Positions 1 through 13,170 of a stretch of 64,000 bases of DNA are shown here, in pieces. Location of the stretch: assembly GCF_009914755.1 (NCBI RefSeq), contig NC_060942.1; one strand, given 5' to 3'. A model generated the notes under the pieces. That model did not search any database, had not been told where the DNA came from, and worked only from the letters and a program-made list of their open reading frames with translations. The translations under genes and the position numbers were made by a program. This DNA is from the human T2T-CHM13v2.0 reference genome, Homo sapiens. Position 1 is the first letter of the stretch, and each line of letters opens with the position of its first letter.

Positions 1-929
1 CTTAGTGTCCCTAGATTTCTCTGTCATTTCTGGCACCTGGCATTCCTTCCTTGGAGGTTTTCAATTGTGGACTGTAATACTTCCAGAATAATGAGAATTT
101 CGATTCCACAAATCACCCAAAGCCAAACATCAGTTTCTTTGGCCAGTAAAGCATGCCCGGTTCGCTGATGGCTTTCAGAGGGGCTGACAAAAAGCCTTAG
201 ATAATGCACTGAGTATGGTACTGTTTAAGGCCATCGCAGTGTGCTGTAATTATTGTGGCAGGCTCCTTCCTGTCTAGAATAACTCCCCGAACAGTCGGTA
301 GTGTGTCTTGGGGTTGACAGGTGGCTAGATTCCCCTCTGTGTTAGTGACTATGTTAGATGTTGCCAGGAGAATTTAAAGCAACATACACAGCATCTTAGC
401 ACTTGAATTGTTCTGATTTTCCCCTCAGCTCTGTGCAATATGCATTTCTTAGACACATGCAAGAGAAAAGCCTCCTTTCCCCTTTTTTTCCTGAGAGCCC
501 TCCTCACCAAGGCACATCCTCCAATTTGCTGGCTGCCCCCAGGAGCCATCCTCACTGTGTCCCCCGACATTCCTGTGCCCATGTTTTATGCAAAGATGTG
601 AGCAGCTGGCCACCAAACCCCTGAGAGTCTGGGTCTTTTGTGTTCCAAAGCCTCTTCTCTGCCTTCTTTTCCCTCCCCTCCTGGCTTCCAGGCCATGTGA
701 TCTTTCCCTCACCACTCCCCTGTGTCAGTATTCACTGGATATAGTCTGTGTGCTTTACATGCCAGGCAGCAGTGCTGAGGAATGCTGAACTTTCCTAAAA
801 CGTGGTTGATAAACACAGGGAGTGGTGTCACAGAATGTCTCATACTTAATAGGTCCTCTTGGCTGAGGCTTTGTTAAAACCTTCTGAAGAAGTGCCATAT
901 TACCAGGCAGAAATCTAAAGAGCCACTCC

Positions 930-1188
930 AGCATAGTGGACGGAATACAGGGGTTGAAAGACAGTGCCTGTCATGAGGCTTAATTCAAATACTGTATATA
1001 AAATTCTAAAATTTGACTGCTTAGGTTTTAATCCCAGTTCTGTCACTTACTATCTTGTGACCTTGGTCAAGGTCACTTGTCCTCAGATGTTTCATCAGCA
1101 AGTAGAACTACTCTGTAATAATAGTTCCCACACCAGGCTTGTGATAAAGATTTAGTGAATTTATATATATATAAATATATGGTGAATT

Positions 1189-1260
<72 letters not shown>

Positions 1261-1320
1261 TTTAAAAAATGTCTAGCATGTCATAGGTGCATAATAAATC
1301 CTCAAGAAAAGGTAGTTAAA
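930..1320 (+). mobile_element. MIR SINE remnant interrupted by a microsatellite
   Basis: MIR-like core 'ggttttaatcccagttctgtcacttactatcttgtgaccttggtcaag'; boundaries approximate. Confidence 0.6.
1161..1260. repeat. Compound microsatellite (TA)n(TG)n(TA)n(CA)n
   Basis: Directly visible. Confidence 0.95.
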
Positions 1321-1818
1321 ATAGTAGTAATAATATAATTATTTTTATCGTTAGGCACCTCAACAATTTACCAGCTCCTATATATAACTTAATGACTTTA
1401 GTGGTCTAGGATAGCTCATAAATTTGTAGACATAGAGAACAAATTAAAGTTCCAGTCCATGTTCTAGGTCTCATTGTGACACAGTTCCTGGTGGGAGGGA
1501 CCCTTGTGTTGACTGGTCATGCCATTTGACCAAGATGCTGTATTATCTCACTCCCTGAAAACAAAGGCATAGAATTCAAGATTCAGAGTGTGGCTAATAT
1601 GAAGCATGGAGGTCTTCCTTCTGCCCTGATCATAGGGAAATTAAAGCAGGAAGATAGACTTGCTGGTAAGTTTAAATAATCCTGAGGCACAGAGGAAAAC
1701 ATAGCCTCTATATCTGTGCCTAAAGTCATCCAATACCTTCCTGTTTTGAGCAAATTCAGGAAAAATAAAAGGGCCACTCTGAAAGCCAGAAATACAGTCT
1801 TTTAAAAAAACAAAAGCG

Positions 1819-2120
1819 GGCCCAGATGTGTGTGTTGCCTCATACCTATAATCTCAGCACTTTGTGGGGGTCGAGGTGGGAGGATCGCCTGAGGCCCGGA
1901 GTTCAAGACCAGCCTGGGCAACATAACAAGACCCCATCTCCACAATAAATTTTAAAAAATTAGCCAGGTGTGATGGCATGCACCTATTGTCCCAGCCATT
2001 CAGGAGGCTGAGGTGGGGGGATCTTCTGAGCCCAGGAGTTCAAGGATGTAGTGAGCTATGATTGTGCCACTGCACTCCAGCCTGGGTGACAGAGCAAGAC
2101 TCCATCTCAATTAAAAATAA
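1819..2120 (+). mobile_element. Alu, old J-type, full length
   Basis: Dimer with J-type 'gaggcccggagttcaagaccagcctgggcaac' and 'gtagtgagctatgattgtgccactgcactccagcctggg'. Confidence 0.9.
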
Positions 2121-4175
2121 TCTTAATTTTTTTAACTTAAATTTAAAAAAACAAAGTAGGGGTTAATTTACTGCTCATTCAGTAGGAAGTCAGCCTTCTA
2201 GAGGTGTTGGACAATGGTAGGAAAGCCTCCAAAATTGAAAGAGGCAGTTGGAAGGGGTTAGGCATGGAGAAACATTTCTAGAAGCCTGTCTTCCCATACC
2301 TTGGACAGCGAAGCCGACTTGTTGTCCAAGCCCTCTTTGCCTTGTGCCCATTTAGGGAACTGTACTCTTTACTGCCATTGGCGCTCATTGCAACAACTGC
2401 TCTCATGAACGAAGAGGCAGGACTGGCTTTGTGCAGGACTCAGGCCTCCAGAGTGGGGCATAGTCAAAGTTAGTGTTCCTCTTTGGAAAGAGGGGTGATG
2501 TTCATCAGAATGGAATCTGCCTCAAAGAGAAGTTCGTGTGGCTCAGTTCAAGGGCTGGCTGAGAATCGAGCTGCCTCTGATTTCATCTGACCCTGAGAGA
2601 GAAGATAGAGATGCACTCCTGTCTCCTATTTATCATTCTCAATGGGAACTGTGTGGGCAGCTTCCATTACGCCAGGCCAAATTTAGACGAATGAAAAGGT
2701 CGACTAAGTAATTATTGATTTTATATGTGTGCATAAATTAGAGCATGGAGTCCTTTAGTCACTGCTAAAAATAAGCCTTCTATGGATTGGGTTTGGGAGA
2801 CAGAGGGCCGATGTAACAAGGATAAAGCAATAGCTCTGGTGGTAAATCTGTACGTTAGATAACTATTTCCTTATGGTTGTCGTGATAGTTCAGGATGTAA
2901 AAAACATCAGCCAGTGGAGCATGTTGGATATCGGTGAGAGGATTGGACGAGGCAAACCAGAACCGTTCTTTCTCTTTAATCATAAAAATGATATTGGCCA
3001 TAATCCTTTTAGCAACACGCTTCTCTCAAGCAGCAGAGACTTATGAATGCTATTCTGAGGAGAACTAGTCAATATATTAGTTTTCTTTTAATTATGCAGC
3101 TGCAGCAGCAAGTTGTGCATGAGTTTTATGGAGCTTTGCAAATTTGCCATCGGTTCTGGGAAGTAGAGAATTTATTTGTATACTGTGGAGCAATTTGCTC
3201 TGGTTAGAGGAGAGAAACCATACCCTTCCATCTTAAAAATGAAGAGCTGGTATTTGAGTGGGAAATTCCAAGAATCTAATAATCAAATCAGCCAAGGCTG
3301 TTAATTAAAACTGATGAGTATTTAGCATTTATGTAACACTCTAGAATCTTGTACTGCTGGAAAATTACCAATTGCCTGAAGTTTGCAACTGTTAACATGC
3401 TTATAAGGGGAGAACATTCTGGTGATAAAAGAAGAAAGTATTTTGTTATCAAACATGGTACACTTGTGTGAATATGGCTTTACAAGTTTTAGAGATAAGT
3501 CTAGCTAAATTTTACAAGTATCTGAACTCTGTTTGGATTTCAGTGGTTCAAAGTCAATTTAGGCATTATATGTGCATCTTAAATTCTAGGTTACAGTAAT
3601 TCTCTCTTCTTCTTGGTTAGTAGTTCCTGTGATACAGAGAAGCAAAAATTGTCTTGTTCAAGCTCAACTTGTTATTCCTTAGAAGTAGCCTCAAGGGGGA
3701 GTAGATTGCTACACTCTGCTGATCTAATGGGCCACAGTAGCTCCCAAATTGAAGAAATGAGGATTGGCATGTCAAGGAAGAGGGGTAGCTGAAAGACGGC
3801 GGTGGCCTGTGAATGGAAATTATAACCTCCAGACCCACATGACCCTCAAAAGTAGGTCAGCTCTGCTGTAGGCTCCAGTCCCCATCCTGATCAGCACTAA
3901 GTCAGTCTTGCTACTCATCCAGGTGTGACCTTGACCTTGCACTCCAGTTTTCATAAAGGGGCTTGTCCCTTGAGCAGAATATCTGGTCTCTACTTTGTAT
4001 CCTCATCCTGGTATCTGTGTCCTTGTCCTGCCCCTTGTGGGTAATCTATCTAATGCCCTAGTCCGTTTAGAATTGTCTTTATTGCCAGTTCTTTACCCAA
4101 AATCTAAAGGTCTACAGCCTTCCCTGTCTCTTAACTCCTGCTGGACTAGATATTACTGGCTTCTAGAATCTTCAG

Positions 4176-4306
4176 GTTATCCTTTGAATGGATTGGGATA
4201 CCCTCTGCTCCCTGGGGTTGGCCATCTCTTCCCTCCCCCTACTTCATGCCAACTAGCAGCCTGGACAGATGTTTATTATCATACACTTTCCAAAGTGCAT
4301 GTCCAA
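4176..4306 (+). repeat. Local dispersed direct repeat A, copy 1
   Basis: Aligns by eye with 5911-6043 at roughly 80% identity; runs into an L2 3'-end-like segment (~4308-4375). Confidence 0.85.
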
Positions 4307-5229
4307 TGTCCAGCAGAATGCCTAGTTCATACTAGGCATTCAACAAATTAGTGAATTCATTCAAATAAATAAATTTATTCTCCCTGCTGGCCAGGCCTTC
4401 CTTCCAGTATTTTCTGGCAAGGTCCATCATCTCAGAGGTTTCTAGATCTCAGCTCACTCCAGTTTGCCCAGGTTGTCTTGCCCTACCATGAGCTGGGACA
4501 CAGCACCAAGATATCACACATCTTAGGTAAATTGGTGTCATTGGCAAGATGTGTCCTCAGTTCCTCGTTTTTCTCTCCAGGCTCTTTTTTTTTTTTTTTT
4601 TTTTTTTTGGCTTTCTCTAGTTACATCTTCTCCATTTCCTCCTAGTTCTCCCTCAGAAACTCCAGGATAAATTTTATTTGATGAAATCAATTCATACCAA
4701 AGTGCTGATAACTAACAATTTTGGGCAGTTAAGCCAGTAAACTTCAAGGTATAGCCCTGGGTGGTAGTTAGTGAGCCAAGAGGAAGCTCAACCTTGGAAT
4801 TATAGGAATGTTTTTAGAAACGGGATATTTAGCCTAGAGAAGAAGCATTGTAGGAAGGTCACAGCAGCTATTTTCAAATATATATATCTTTCCAATGTGT
4901 GAAAGGCAGAATACATCTATATTGTGCAAACAAGAATGGATGATGATCTGTCCTGAGGGTAGTGAGTGCACTGTTCCTGGAAGTTGAGCCTAGTGCTCCT
5001 TCAGACCCAGCCGAGAAAGCCTGGTCCTGGGTGACAGTGTGGGATAGCGACGTGGTGGATTCCTCGTTCTTGATCCTTCTCACCTCATGTAGGAGTATAA
5101 ACCCAGGCTGAATGGCACCAAAAGCATTTTCCCAGCTGGGTCTTATCCTCACAATTCTGCAGCTAGTTCCCATTTCTCCTGTCCAAATGGTGTTCCTACA
5201 TGCTTGCTTCTATGACAGATGGAATGTCG

Positions 5230-5510
5230 TGAACATTGTGGTTGCCTCTCTTGTCCAGTTATAATAATCCCGTTCTCCTGGTCAAAAATTGGTTTAAAAA
5301 ATTATGTGGCGCAATCCTGGCCAATGCATTTGAGAGAAGTCTTTTAGGTTAGGGATAGTGGTCCTGGGAAGGGTTTCCTTTCTTCCAAGAAAGGAAGACA
5401 GGGTCTACCTCATTCCCCCTAGAAGTGGTTGTGTCAGTTTGTAATGCCTGAACTTCAGCAACAATCTTTCCCTGGCCTGATGTAGAAGCCAGAGCCATGG
5501 ATTCTTCACG
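5230..5510 (+). mobile_element. Old MaLR LTR fragment (MLT1-type)
   Basis: MLT1-like phrases 'gcaatcctggccaatg', 'ctgggaagggtttcct', 'tgtaatgcctgaacttcagcaac'. Confidence 0.45.
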
Positions 5511-5910
5511 ATGAGATTCAGGAAGCTTCTTTAACTCCTTTGAAAATCATGAAAGATTTTCAAAGAATCTTTGTGAGAAGAATCAAGTACAACTTCTAAT
5601 TAGATTGGTTCAAACCATACTGTGTCTGGTCTTGTGTTTTCTAGAAAGATGGTATCATTTTCTTTGTTCTTCCCCGTGGGGGAAACCAGGAAAATATTAT
5701 AATTTTCATGTTGAAGTTAGTGTACCATAGTTGTAATATGTATCTTCAGTAGCTTTCTTTTAATCAGTACTTAGATTAAAACAAAACTGAGTCTAGTTAA
5801 TCACCGAATGTAAAGCAGCCCATCATGAAGACATGGCCACACAGAGTGTGCCACACACAGTGGCCATGGCCAGCTGATTTTTCTATGTGACAGAGATGGA
5901 GCTTAAGATA

Positions 5911-6043
5911 GTTATCCTTTGAATGGATCGGTATACTCTGTGTTTCCTGGGTTGGCCATCTCTTCTCCCAACCCCCACTTTCATGCCAACTAGTCACCTG
6001 GACAGACATTTACTATCATGCATTTTCCAAGGTGCATATCCAA
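5911..6043 (+). repeat. Local dispersed direct repeat A, copy 2
   Basis: 'gttatcctttgaatggat...ttggccatctcttc...tcatgccaactag...cctggacaga...ttccaa.gtgcat.tccaa' shared with 4176-4306. Confidence 0.85.
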
Positions 6044-7182
6044 CATTCTCTTCACTCCCAAATCCTGGGGACAGGAAGAAACTGTTGAACATTTTGAATC
6101 ACCGAATCAAATGTGACAAAATCTCTGCTAAGGTTTGGCTAAGAATGTAGAATGTGAATTAGAAGATGGATTTGAAAGTACCTTGCAAATTACAATGTGC
6201 TGGACACACAGAAGGCATCATTGTTGGGAGTGTTGCTTCCTGGAATAGTAAAAGCAGCCCCGATTTAAGGAAGGCATCTAGAATCATCTGTTTTCTAGCT
6301 GACTACTCAGGTAAGTACTTACGGGGCTTCCTCTTTGACAAGAAAATCAGATGGTTTATCTGAATTAGTAAAGGGCTACCGGGAAGGTAGGTGGCTCGGC
6401 TCTCACATCAGGAGTGGGTTGAAGTTATTGGCTGCTGCTACATCTTTATACACAGCTCACAATCCCATTGCAGCATGTCACATCTGATATGGGATAATGC
6501 AATGTGACTAATGTAATCAGATGTGAAGTGCACTACAGCAACATGTCAAGTTGGAAAATTTGAAAAGAGAAATAGGCTTCTCTCTAAATCATGGTTGGGT
6601 TCTTTTTCTCAGCTGGAGGGCTCTGTTTTCAGACAGGAGAGTTTTCTGTGGTGACCTTCTGGCCAAGGGCACATGTCAGGAGGGCCAGCCTTTCCCGAAG
6701 GTGGTGACCCTGGGCACATGAACTGGAGCATCATGGATTGACCCCCACCTGCCTTTCAAACCAACATACGTCACCTCTTTCCACAACAAGGCATTCACTC
6801 CAGAGGTGTATGCTGCAAAGCTCTGATTGCTCAGAAAATGAAAGGTAGTCTATCAATTTCACAAAGATTTAGGAATTGTATGCCTGGAAACTAATCAGGT
6901 TTCAAAGGAGGAATTTTAAGGACCTGAAACGGTTGAGTAAAGGCAATGTCATTCAAGTATGTGTACAGTTTTCCAAAATAATAAGTAATATGGATACATA
7001 ATTTTTGGTATATTTGTAAAATGATCTGTCAACTTTCTTTATAAGCTTCCTGTACATAGTGGGGTGGGTGATCTTTATGACCCTGTCTCATTGACAAGTA
7101 TGAGTTACGGGAAAGGACTCTGTGGCTTGGTTTAGTGGAGACATCCAGTCTCTTCTTCCCCAGATGAGGCATAGTGCTTGTG

Positions 7183-7207
7183 CTCTCTCTCTCTCTCTCT
7201 CTCTCCT
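7183..7207. repeat. (CT)n microsatellite
   Basis: Directly visible. Confidence 0.9.
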
Positions 7208-8718
7208 CATTCCCACCCCTCTCCCTCTTTGAAGCCACATTTACATTTCTAAGATGTATATAAGGGTTAAGGAGCAAAGAGAAGCTCAGAGACAATGGCT
7301 CAGTCAATTCTAACAAATACAATGTCTTCATCAGTGGTGTAAAATGGAACTCCTCTGTGTGAGGCAGGTGCAGGGAGGGTGCCAGGCCCCACCTACCACC
7401 CTACCAATCCCAGCTTGCAAACCACTGCCCTAGGGCATAGGATCAGAGACTGCAGAAGTTTCATGGTGAAAGTTCATTTCACTCTCTCATGGCACAGTTG
7501 GGAAATGAGCCCAGAGAAGGCTGAAAGTGTCCTAAGATCACCAGGCTTTGCTGGGAATAGAACTTGGCCATCCCATCCTCCCAGACCAGCACTGTTTTCA
7601 CTGTGCTGTGGATACTTAAGCTCTCTCTCACCATCCCTTTTTGTGCAGATCTGCTTTTATAGTGGGCCCAGGAGGCAGCAGGACAAAGCCACTTCCTTCC
7701 ATGGACTCATCCCTCTCTCCACTCCCTCCCTTATATTTGCATCCTGTCCATCAGAGGGCACAGTTGCCCTGATGAAGGCACAATCAAGATGGGAAACAAG
7801 AATTTTGTCAGCCACTTCCATGGACCCCCTATTTTGCTGCACAGTTCCTCTTTCATGCCTCCTACCCTGCTGTGCTCTCTCTGTCCGTCAGACTCTGCCT
7901 GCCTTCCCCAAGTCCTTTCCTCCATAGAGCTGTACCCTACTCCCACTGCAGTCCTTCCATATCTTAGCCCCTGCCTGCCTTTACCTTGGCCTCCCCTACC
8001 CCTCCATTAAATCCTACCTCTCCCGTGTACCATTTTATTGGAGCCTGCCCTTTGCTCAGTGATAGCTGGCTAATATGAGAAACTAATCTGTTTTAATGTT
8101 TTAATGTGTTACCACTCGCTAGCCTCTGCTAGCAACTTAATGAGATTTTGAGTTTTGCTTGTCTCATCACAGGTCCTCTATTCAATTATAAACTCGGTGA
8201 GGGGGAAGTGCCATTTGCTATTTCTTCCTTAACTCCCATAGCAGCCACAGAGTGCTGGACTCGGAGTACTCTACATTGACGTTGTTGAATGAATTAAAGG
8301 AAGGGGGAAGTAGGTGGCTAGACCTGAGTGGAGAGAAGGTAAACAAATACTATGACACAGTTGTTTTTCAGGTAATGCCAGTAAAATAGATTGGCAAGAG
8401 AAACTGGCAAGTCCTTCCTAAAAAGAAGTTTCAAAATAACCAGAGAGCATGCATGAACTCAACTCAATCTTCAATAAAGTTTGCTTTAACTAAACAGCAG
8501 CAACAAAACCAATAATACTATACATTAATTATTTGGCTAAAAACCGGTCCTGAGATCAAAGGTTTCTGGTGTGTGTTCCATCTTTAAGAGTCCAAAGCAA
8601 AAATGCAGACAAAATGTATGTGTCATTAACCCCCATGGGTACTGCAGAAATGCATTACCTGCAGGTTTGGTGAATGTAGTTTCTTGCAAGTTGAAATACA
8701 GGGAATGAAGAATCCAGC

Positions 8719-8893
8719 ATGGCACTGCCCAGTAGAACTCTCTGTGCTGGAAATGTTTCTGTCCCTGCCCTGTTCAAGACAGTAGCCACAGGGCACTTGA
8801 AATGTAGCTAGCAGGACTGAAAATTTAAATTTTTTCACTTTCATTTAATTTTACTTTACAAAGTTAAAAAACAACTTCATATTTAAATAGCCT
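8719..8893. mobile_element. MER3-like hAT-Charlie MITE
   Basis: 'cagtagccacagggcacttgaaatgtagctagcaggactgaaaatttaaattt...atttaaatagcc'. Confidence 0.65.
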
Positions 8894-9039
8894 TACATCA
8901 TTTAAATAACCTTCTTACTTCAAGTGTTCTCCAAAGATTGGGAATTCTGGGATAATAATAATTATGTGATTTTTAGACAATAATAATTATATTATTTTGA
9001 ATAATTTTTTTATTACATGACAGAATAATATCTACTATT

Positions 9040-9255
9040 AAAGATGCGGAATCTCAAGATCCATCCATGAGCTACTGAATCTTCAGTTTAATAATGTTCC
9101 AGGTGATTCCTAAACACCTTAAAGTTTGAGATGTCCTTCTCCAGATCAATGGATCTCATCCCCATTCGAATCACCTGGAGAACTAGAATCACCTGGATGG
9201 TTTTAAAACAGTTCTGATGCCTGGTCTCCACCATGGGCCAACTGAATCAGAAATC
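9040..9255. mobile_element. MER5-like hAT MITE fragments
   Basis: 'ccaggtgattcct...aaagtttgaga', 'agaatcacctgga', 'actgaatcagaa'. Confidence 0.55.
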
Positions 9256-10339
9256 AGCTTGGCCACCCACTAGTCTGAGGAAGGAATTCTCCTTAGAATT
9301 TGTTTAAGAAACTTAAAAAGGTTGGAGTATATATGCAATAAGGAAATGAAAAGGATTGAATGACACTTAAAAATGTAGACAATTTTACATCAAAGAGCCA
9401 CAAGTATGCATGTTAGTCTCAAATAGTGTACTCAGAAAAGAGGAACACAGCTGTCATATTGAAAATATTCTCTTTACCCATCAAAATCAGAAACACTCTT
9501 AAGGCATGATAAGTGGTTAGTTTCTCTTAGCCTAGGAGGCCTGGTCTTGGTTTGGGGAGCATTGGGTTGGAGCTTATGTGATGTTAGTGCCCAGGCAGCC
9601 AAGGAATGTTACTAGTTTTAAGAGTCCAGGACTGTTCAGTCAGGGTGAAGTTGAGCACATTGAGCCCAGTAAAAAAGGAAAGGGGGGGTTGAGAAGATGA
9701 CAGATGACTCCAGGGCCCTTGAAGAAATTCATGTGACTCCAGGAGACATGAATTTCCATGGGAACCATGTGCTAGGATATGTGACCCAAAGTGAAGGATC
9801 AATTTTTCAGACACCAAAGACACACACAAACAAGTCCTAGCTTCAGGCAGAGAGGAGCAGGAGAGTCCTCATTCGTGTTGGTCAGAAGATTTCAGTGGGA
9901 AAGGCTGTCTGCAGGCTGTACCTTTTTACTGAGAGGACTTAGATTTGGGAACATCCTCACTGCTTTCCATCCACCATCCAAGCTCAGTGAGCCTAGAACA
10001 CCATTCAAGGAATGTTCTGGGCCCTTCTCTTGGGCTGTATTTGGGAAGGTAGGAAGTTACTATGGTGATTGAAAACAATCCTCTTTCTGATCTCTTCCTT
10101 TTCTGATAAGGAACACGTTTCATTATGATTTGTGCTGTAAAATAATTACCTTTTTGTGCTGAAGTCAAAATTTTCAAAACAGTATTGTATAAATGAGGAT
10201 TGAAAAGGTAAGTTTCATAATGGACCAGGAATAGGCCTGCAGACCATGGGAAGGGGTTGAATATGCCATGCTGGAAGGGTACCATGGAATAAACCACCTA
10301 CTTAGATAAGGAAGGTCAAAAGGGGCATTCATCCTGATT

Positions 10340-10600
10340 GCAACTAAATTCAACAATAAGTTTTTATTAAATAGTTGCAGAGTGCACACACTGTTCAGGT
10401 ACTGGAGATACAGTGGTGAACAAAACAGAAAGTCTTATGACCTCTCGTTACTTACCGACTAGTCAGTGGCCCCAGATGTAAAACATGCAGATAAATAAAT
10501 ATATATTATAATGAACACCTACAAATTGAGATAAGGCCTCTAAAAGAGAATTACAAAAAAGAGAACACAGGAGGCTGGTAATTTAAATTTTGGCAGAAAG
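10340..10600 (-). mobile_element. L2 LINE 3' fragment
   Basis: 'attcaacaataagtttttattaa...ggtactggagatacagtggtgaacaaaacaga'. Confidence 0.55.
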
Positions 10601-11739
10601 GATTAGAAAATAAGATGGTGGGTTTCACTTAACAGTCAGAAAGCCTCATACAGATTTGGACCCATCAGAAATAATGACAAACCTAACTATGAATGGTCAA
10701 TTAAAGATGAGGATTAAAAATACATTTATGCACTAGTTAAGGAAGGGTTGAGAATAAATGCAGTGTCAAACTGAGGGGCCTAACCCACTATGAGCAGAAT
10801 TAAGTGCTCTTGGTCAAAGATGACAGAGAAGGTTGAAGCTGAGAAAACTCTTCTAAGGTGGGGAGTGAAAGGATTTGTTGGTCAACAGTGAAGCTCAAGT
10901 GCAAGCAAAAGCCACAGGAGCAGATGCAAACACAATGCACCATTGAGGCAAAGCTATCTCTTACATTCTTCCTGCTATGGCTTGGCCAGTCAGCAGCTGG
11001 GAGGCTCAAAGTCTACTGGACAACACCCTTTCCCAAGACCTGGAGGATTCTGCCAGAGAATACAACCCTAGAGTCATAAAAGTTTGGTGACACAGGGACT
11101 ACAGTGTGCATCTATTCCAACACCCCATCTGATTTCACCATGGACCTCAGGATTTCTTTCTTGGTCACCAGATAAACCCACACTGACTGACTGGGCTCTG
11201 ATTGGAGGTCTCAATTGCTCTGATCCTTAAAATTCCAGCCCTTAGACTTGACCCACTTATCTCTGACTTATTCTGTTAACTTGAAGCTTACTCGCTGGTA
11301 TGTGTGAAGGCTGGGTCCAGCCACAGGTTTTAGGATAGTGCCAGGGCCTACCCTTATAGTGACCACATGCCCTCTACATCCCTCCCAAGGCTTATTTCTG
11401 TTACAAAATCCTCTGTTTTGGGCAAACAAACCTATTCATAGCTCAGCGGGTACCTCGTGAACATCCTTGGCTCTTCACTTTTGTAACAGGGCCATGGCAT
11501 CTCTACATTCTTTCAATCGTTTAAGACCCAGCTTAAATTCCAGCTCCTATAAGTATTCCTGACCACCTCCATTTTCTATATGTTCATGAGTAATACAGTA
11601 TATCATTGTAAGCACTGTTGGGTATCAGAAACTAGTGTAATTGGCACATTGAATAAGGAAGGCTCATGGAGTATAATAAAAAAGTCATTTACTTTTGCCT
11701 CTCACAGACCATGCCAGTTTGTTCATTCCTCTACCCATT

Positions 11740-12470
11740 TATTTATTTATTAATTCATTCACTAAATAGAAGTTTGTTGAATGTTTACAATGTCCAGGCA
11801 TTATTCGAAAATCTGGGGTACAGTACTAAACAAAATACAAATGCTTGCACTTGGGGAGCTTATAATCCCGTGGAGAAAAAGAAAAACAAAACAAGATATA
11901 AAAGTACAACACTGGCCAGGTGCAGTGGCTCATGCCTATAATCCAGGCACTTTGGAAGGCCGAGGAGGGTGGATCACCTGAGGTCAGGAGTTCAAGACCA
12001 GCCTGGCCAACATGGTGAAACCCTGTCTCTACAAAAACTACAATAATTAGCTGGGCGTGGTGGCACATGCCTGTAATCCCAGCTACTCTGGAGACTGAGG
12101 CAGGAGACACTTGAACCCAGGAGGCAGAGGATGCAGTGAACCAAGATTGTGCCACTGCATTCCAGCCTGGGCAACAGAGTGAGACTCTGCCTCAAAAAAA
12201 AAAAAAAAGTACAACACTTCGTATGTTAGATAAACATGCTAAGGGTATAAATAATACAGGACAAGGAGACATACAATGTCAGCATTTTTAGGACAAAAAA
12301 GCCTCCTCTCCCTGAGAGACTGTCTTTTGATTAGAGACCTGAAAACAATGAGCATGGTAGCTAACAGACGCCTGGTGGAGAGGCACCCAGGCAGAAGGGA
12401 CTGCAGGTGAAGAGGCTTTGAGGTGGGACTTCTGCTACTCCAAGGTGACATAAGCAATCCTCAGGCTTGG
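11740..12470 (-). mobile_element. L2 LINE fragment interrupted by an Alu
   Basis: 'attcattcactaaatagaagtttgttgaatgtttacaatgtccaggc' and 'caggcagaagggactgcaggtgaagaggctttgaggtggga'. Confidence 0.55.
11914..12205 (+). mobile_element. AluS (Sx/Sz-like), full length with 14-bp TSD
   Basis: Full dimer; TSD aaaagtacaacact at 11900-11913 and 12205-12218. Confidence 0.95.
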
Positions 12471-13048
12471 TAGTATTTCAAGCTGGCCTTTGTCTTACAG
12501 GGCATTTTTTTGAGTGCTTTTAAGAGTTTCCCCTAGTTCTCTTGATATGGAGAACAAATCTCTTCTAGGTTGCTTATGGCTCTTTCCTTAAGCCCCAGGA
12601 ATCCCACATCTCACTCTCTCACAGGTGTCACTGCCACCTTCCCGGCAGCCCTCTTGGGCAGTTTCTAATGATCTCATGCTGACAGCATGCTAGCCTGCCA
12701 GTCTCTGGCCTTAGATTTTCCAGCCAGCAGTTAGATATCATCCCAATGGATCCCCCCGCTCTTTGGATGGACATATTAAGTTTCTGCAGGGATGCTGGGA
12801 TCCTATTAAACAGCAGGAAGAAAAAGTAAAAAGAAGGAAGCACATCTTCCTTTTGGTGAGAAGGCAAAACATTCAACATTCTTTTAATCATCAAAGTTTT
12901 TTTTTCAGTCTCTTCAACTTGTTTTTCTCAGCTGAAGTGGGCAATCATCAAAGAGTCACAAAATGGTTTTAAGCTTTCTTTTACAAGTCTTGCTTGGTGA
13001 TTTCAAACCTCATTTTGTCATGGCATATACATTTGATGGGGAAGATAG

Positions 13049-13170
13049 CTAGCTAGTGTTATAGTACTTCAGGCTCACTGATCACATCCTTTGTGAATAC
13101 CCAATACTTCTAGCACACAGTAGGTTCTTGGTAACTACTTAATGAGGAAGATGATGTGCTTTCTGGGTAT
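13049..13170 (+). repeat. Local dispersed direct repeat B, copy 1
   Basis: Ungapped match to 14155-14276, about 18 differences in 122 bp by manual count. Confidence 0.9.

Noticed and set aside
2578-2590. 12-mer tgatttcatctg shared with 26628
   Set aside because: Single 12-mer matches are expected many times by chance in a 64-kb self-comparison
7379-7927. 182-aa ORF
   Set aside because: GTG start, S/P/L-rich translation of pyrimidine-rich sequence, no homology recognised
10640-11340. Possible old LTR/Gypsy-like remnants (also ~31860-32420 and ~46560-47460)
   Set aside because: Could not assign a family or boundaries by eye
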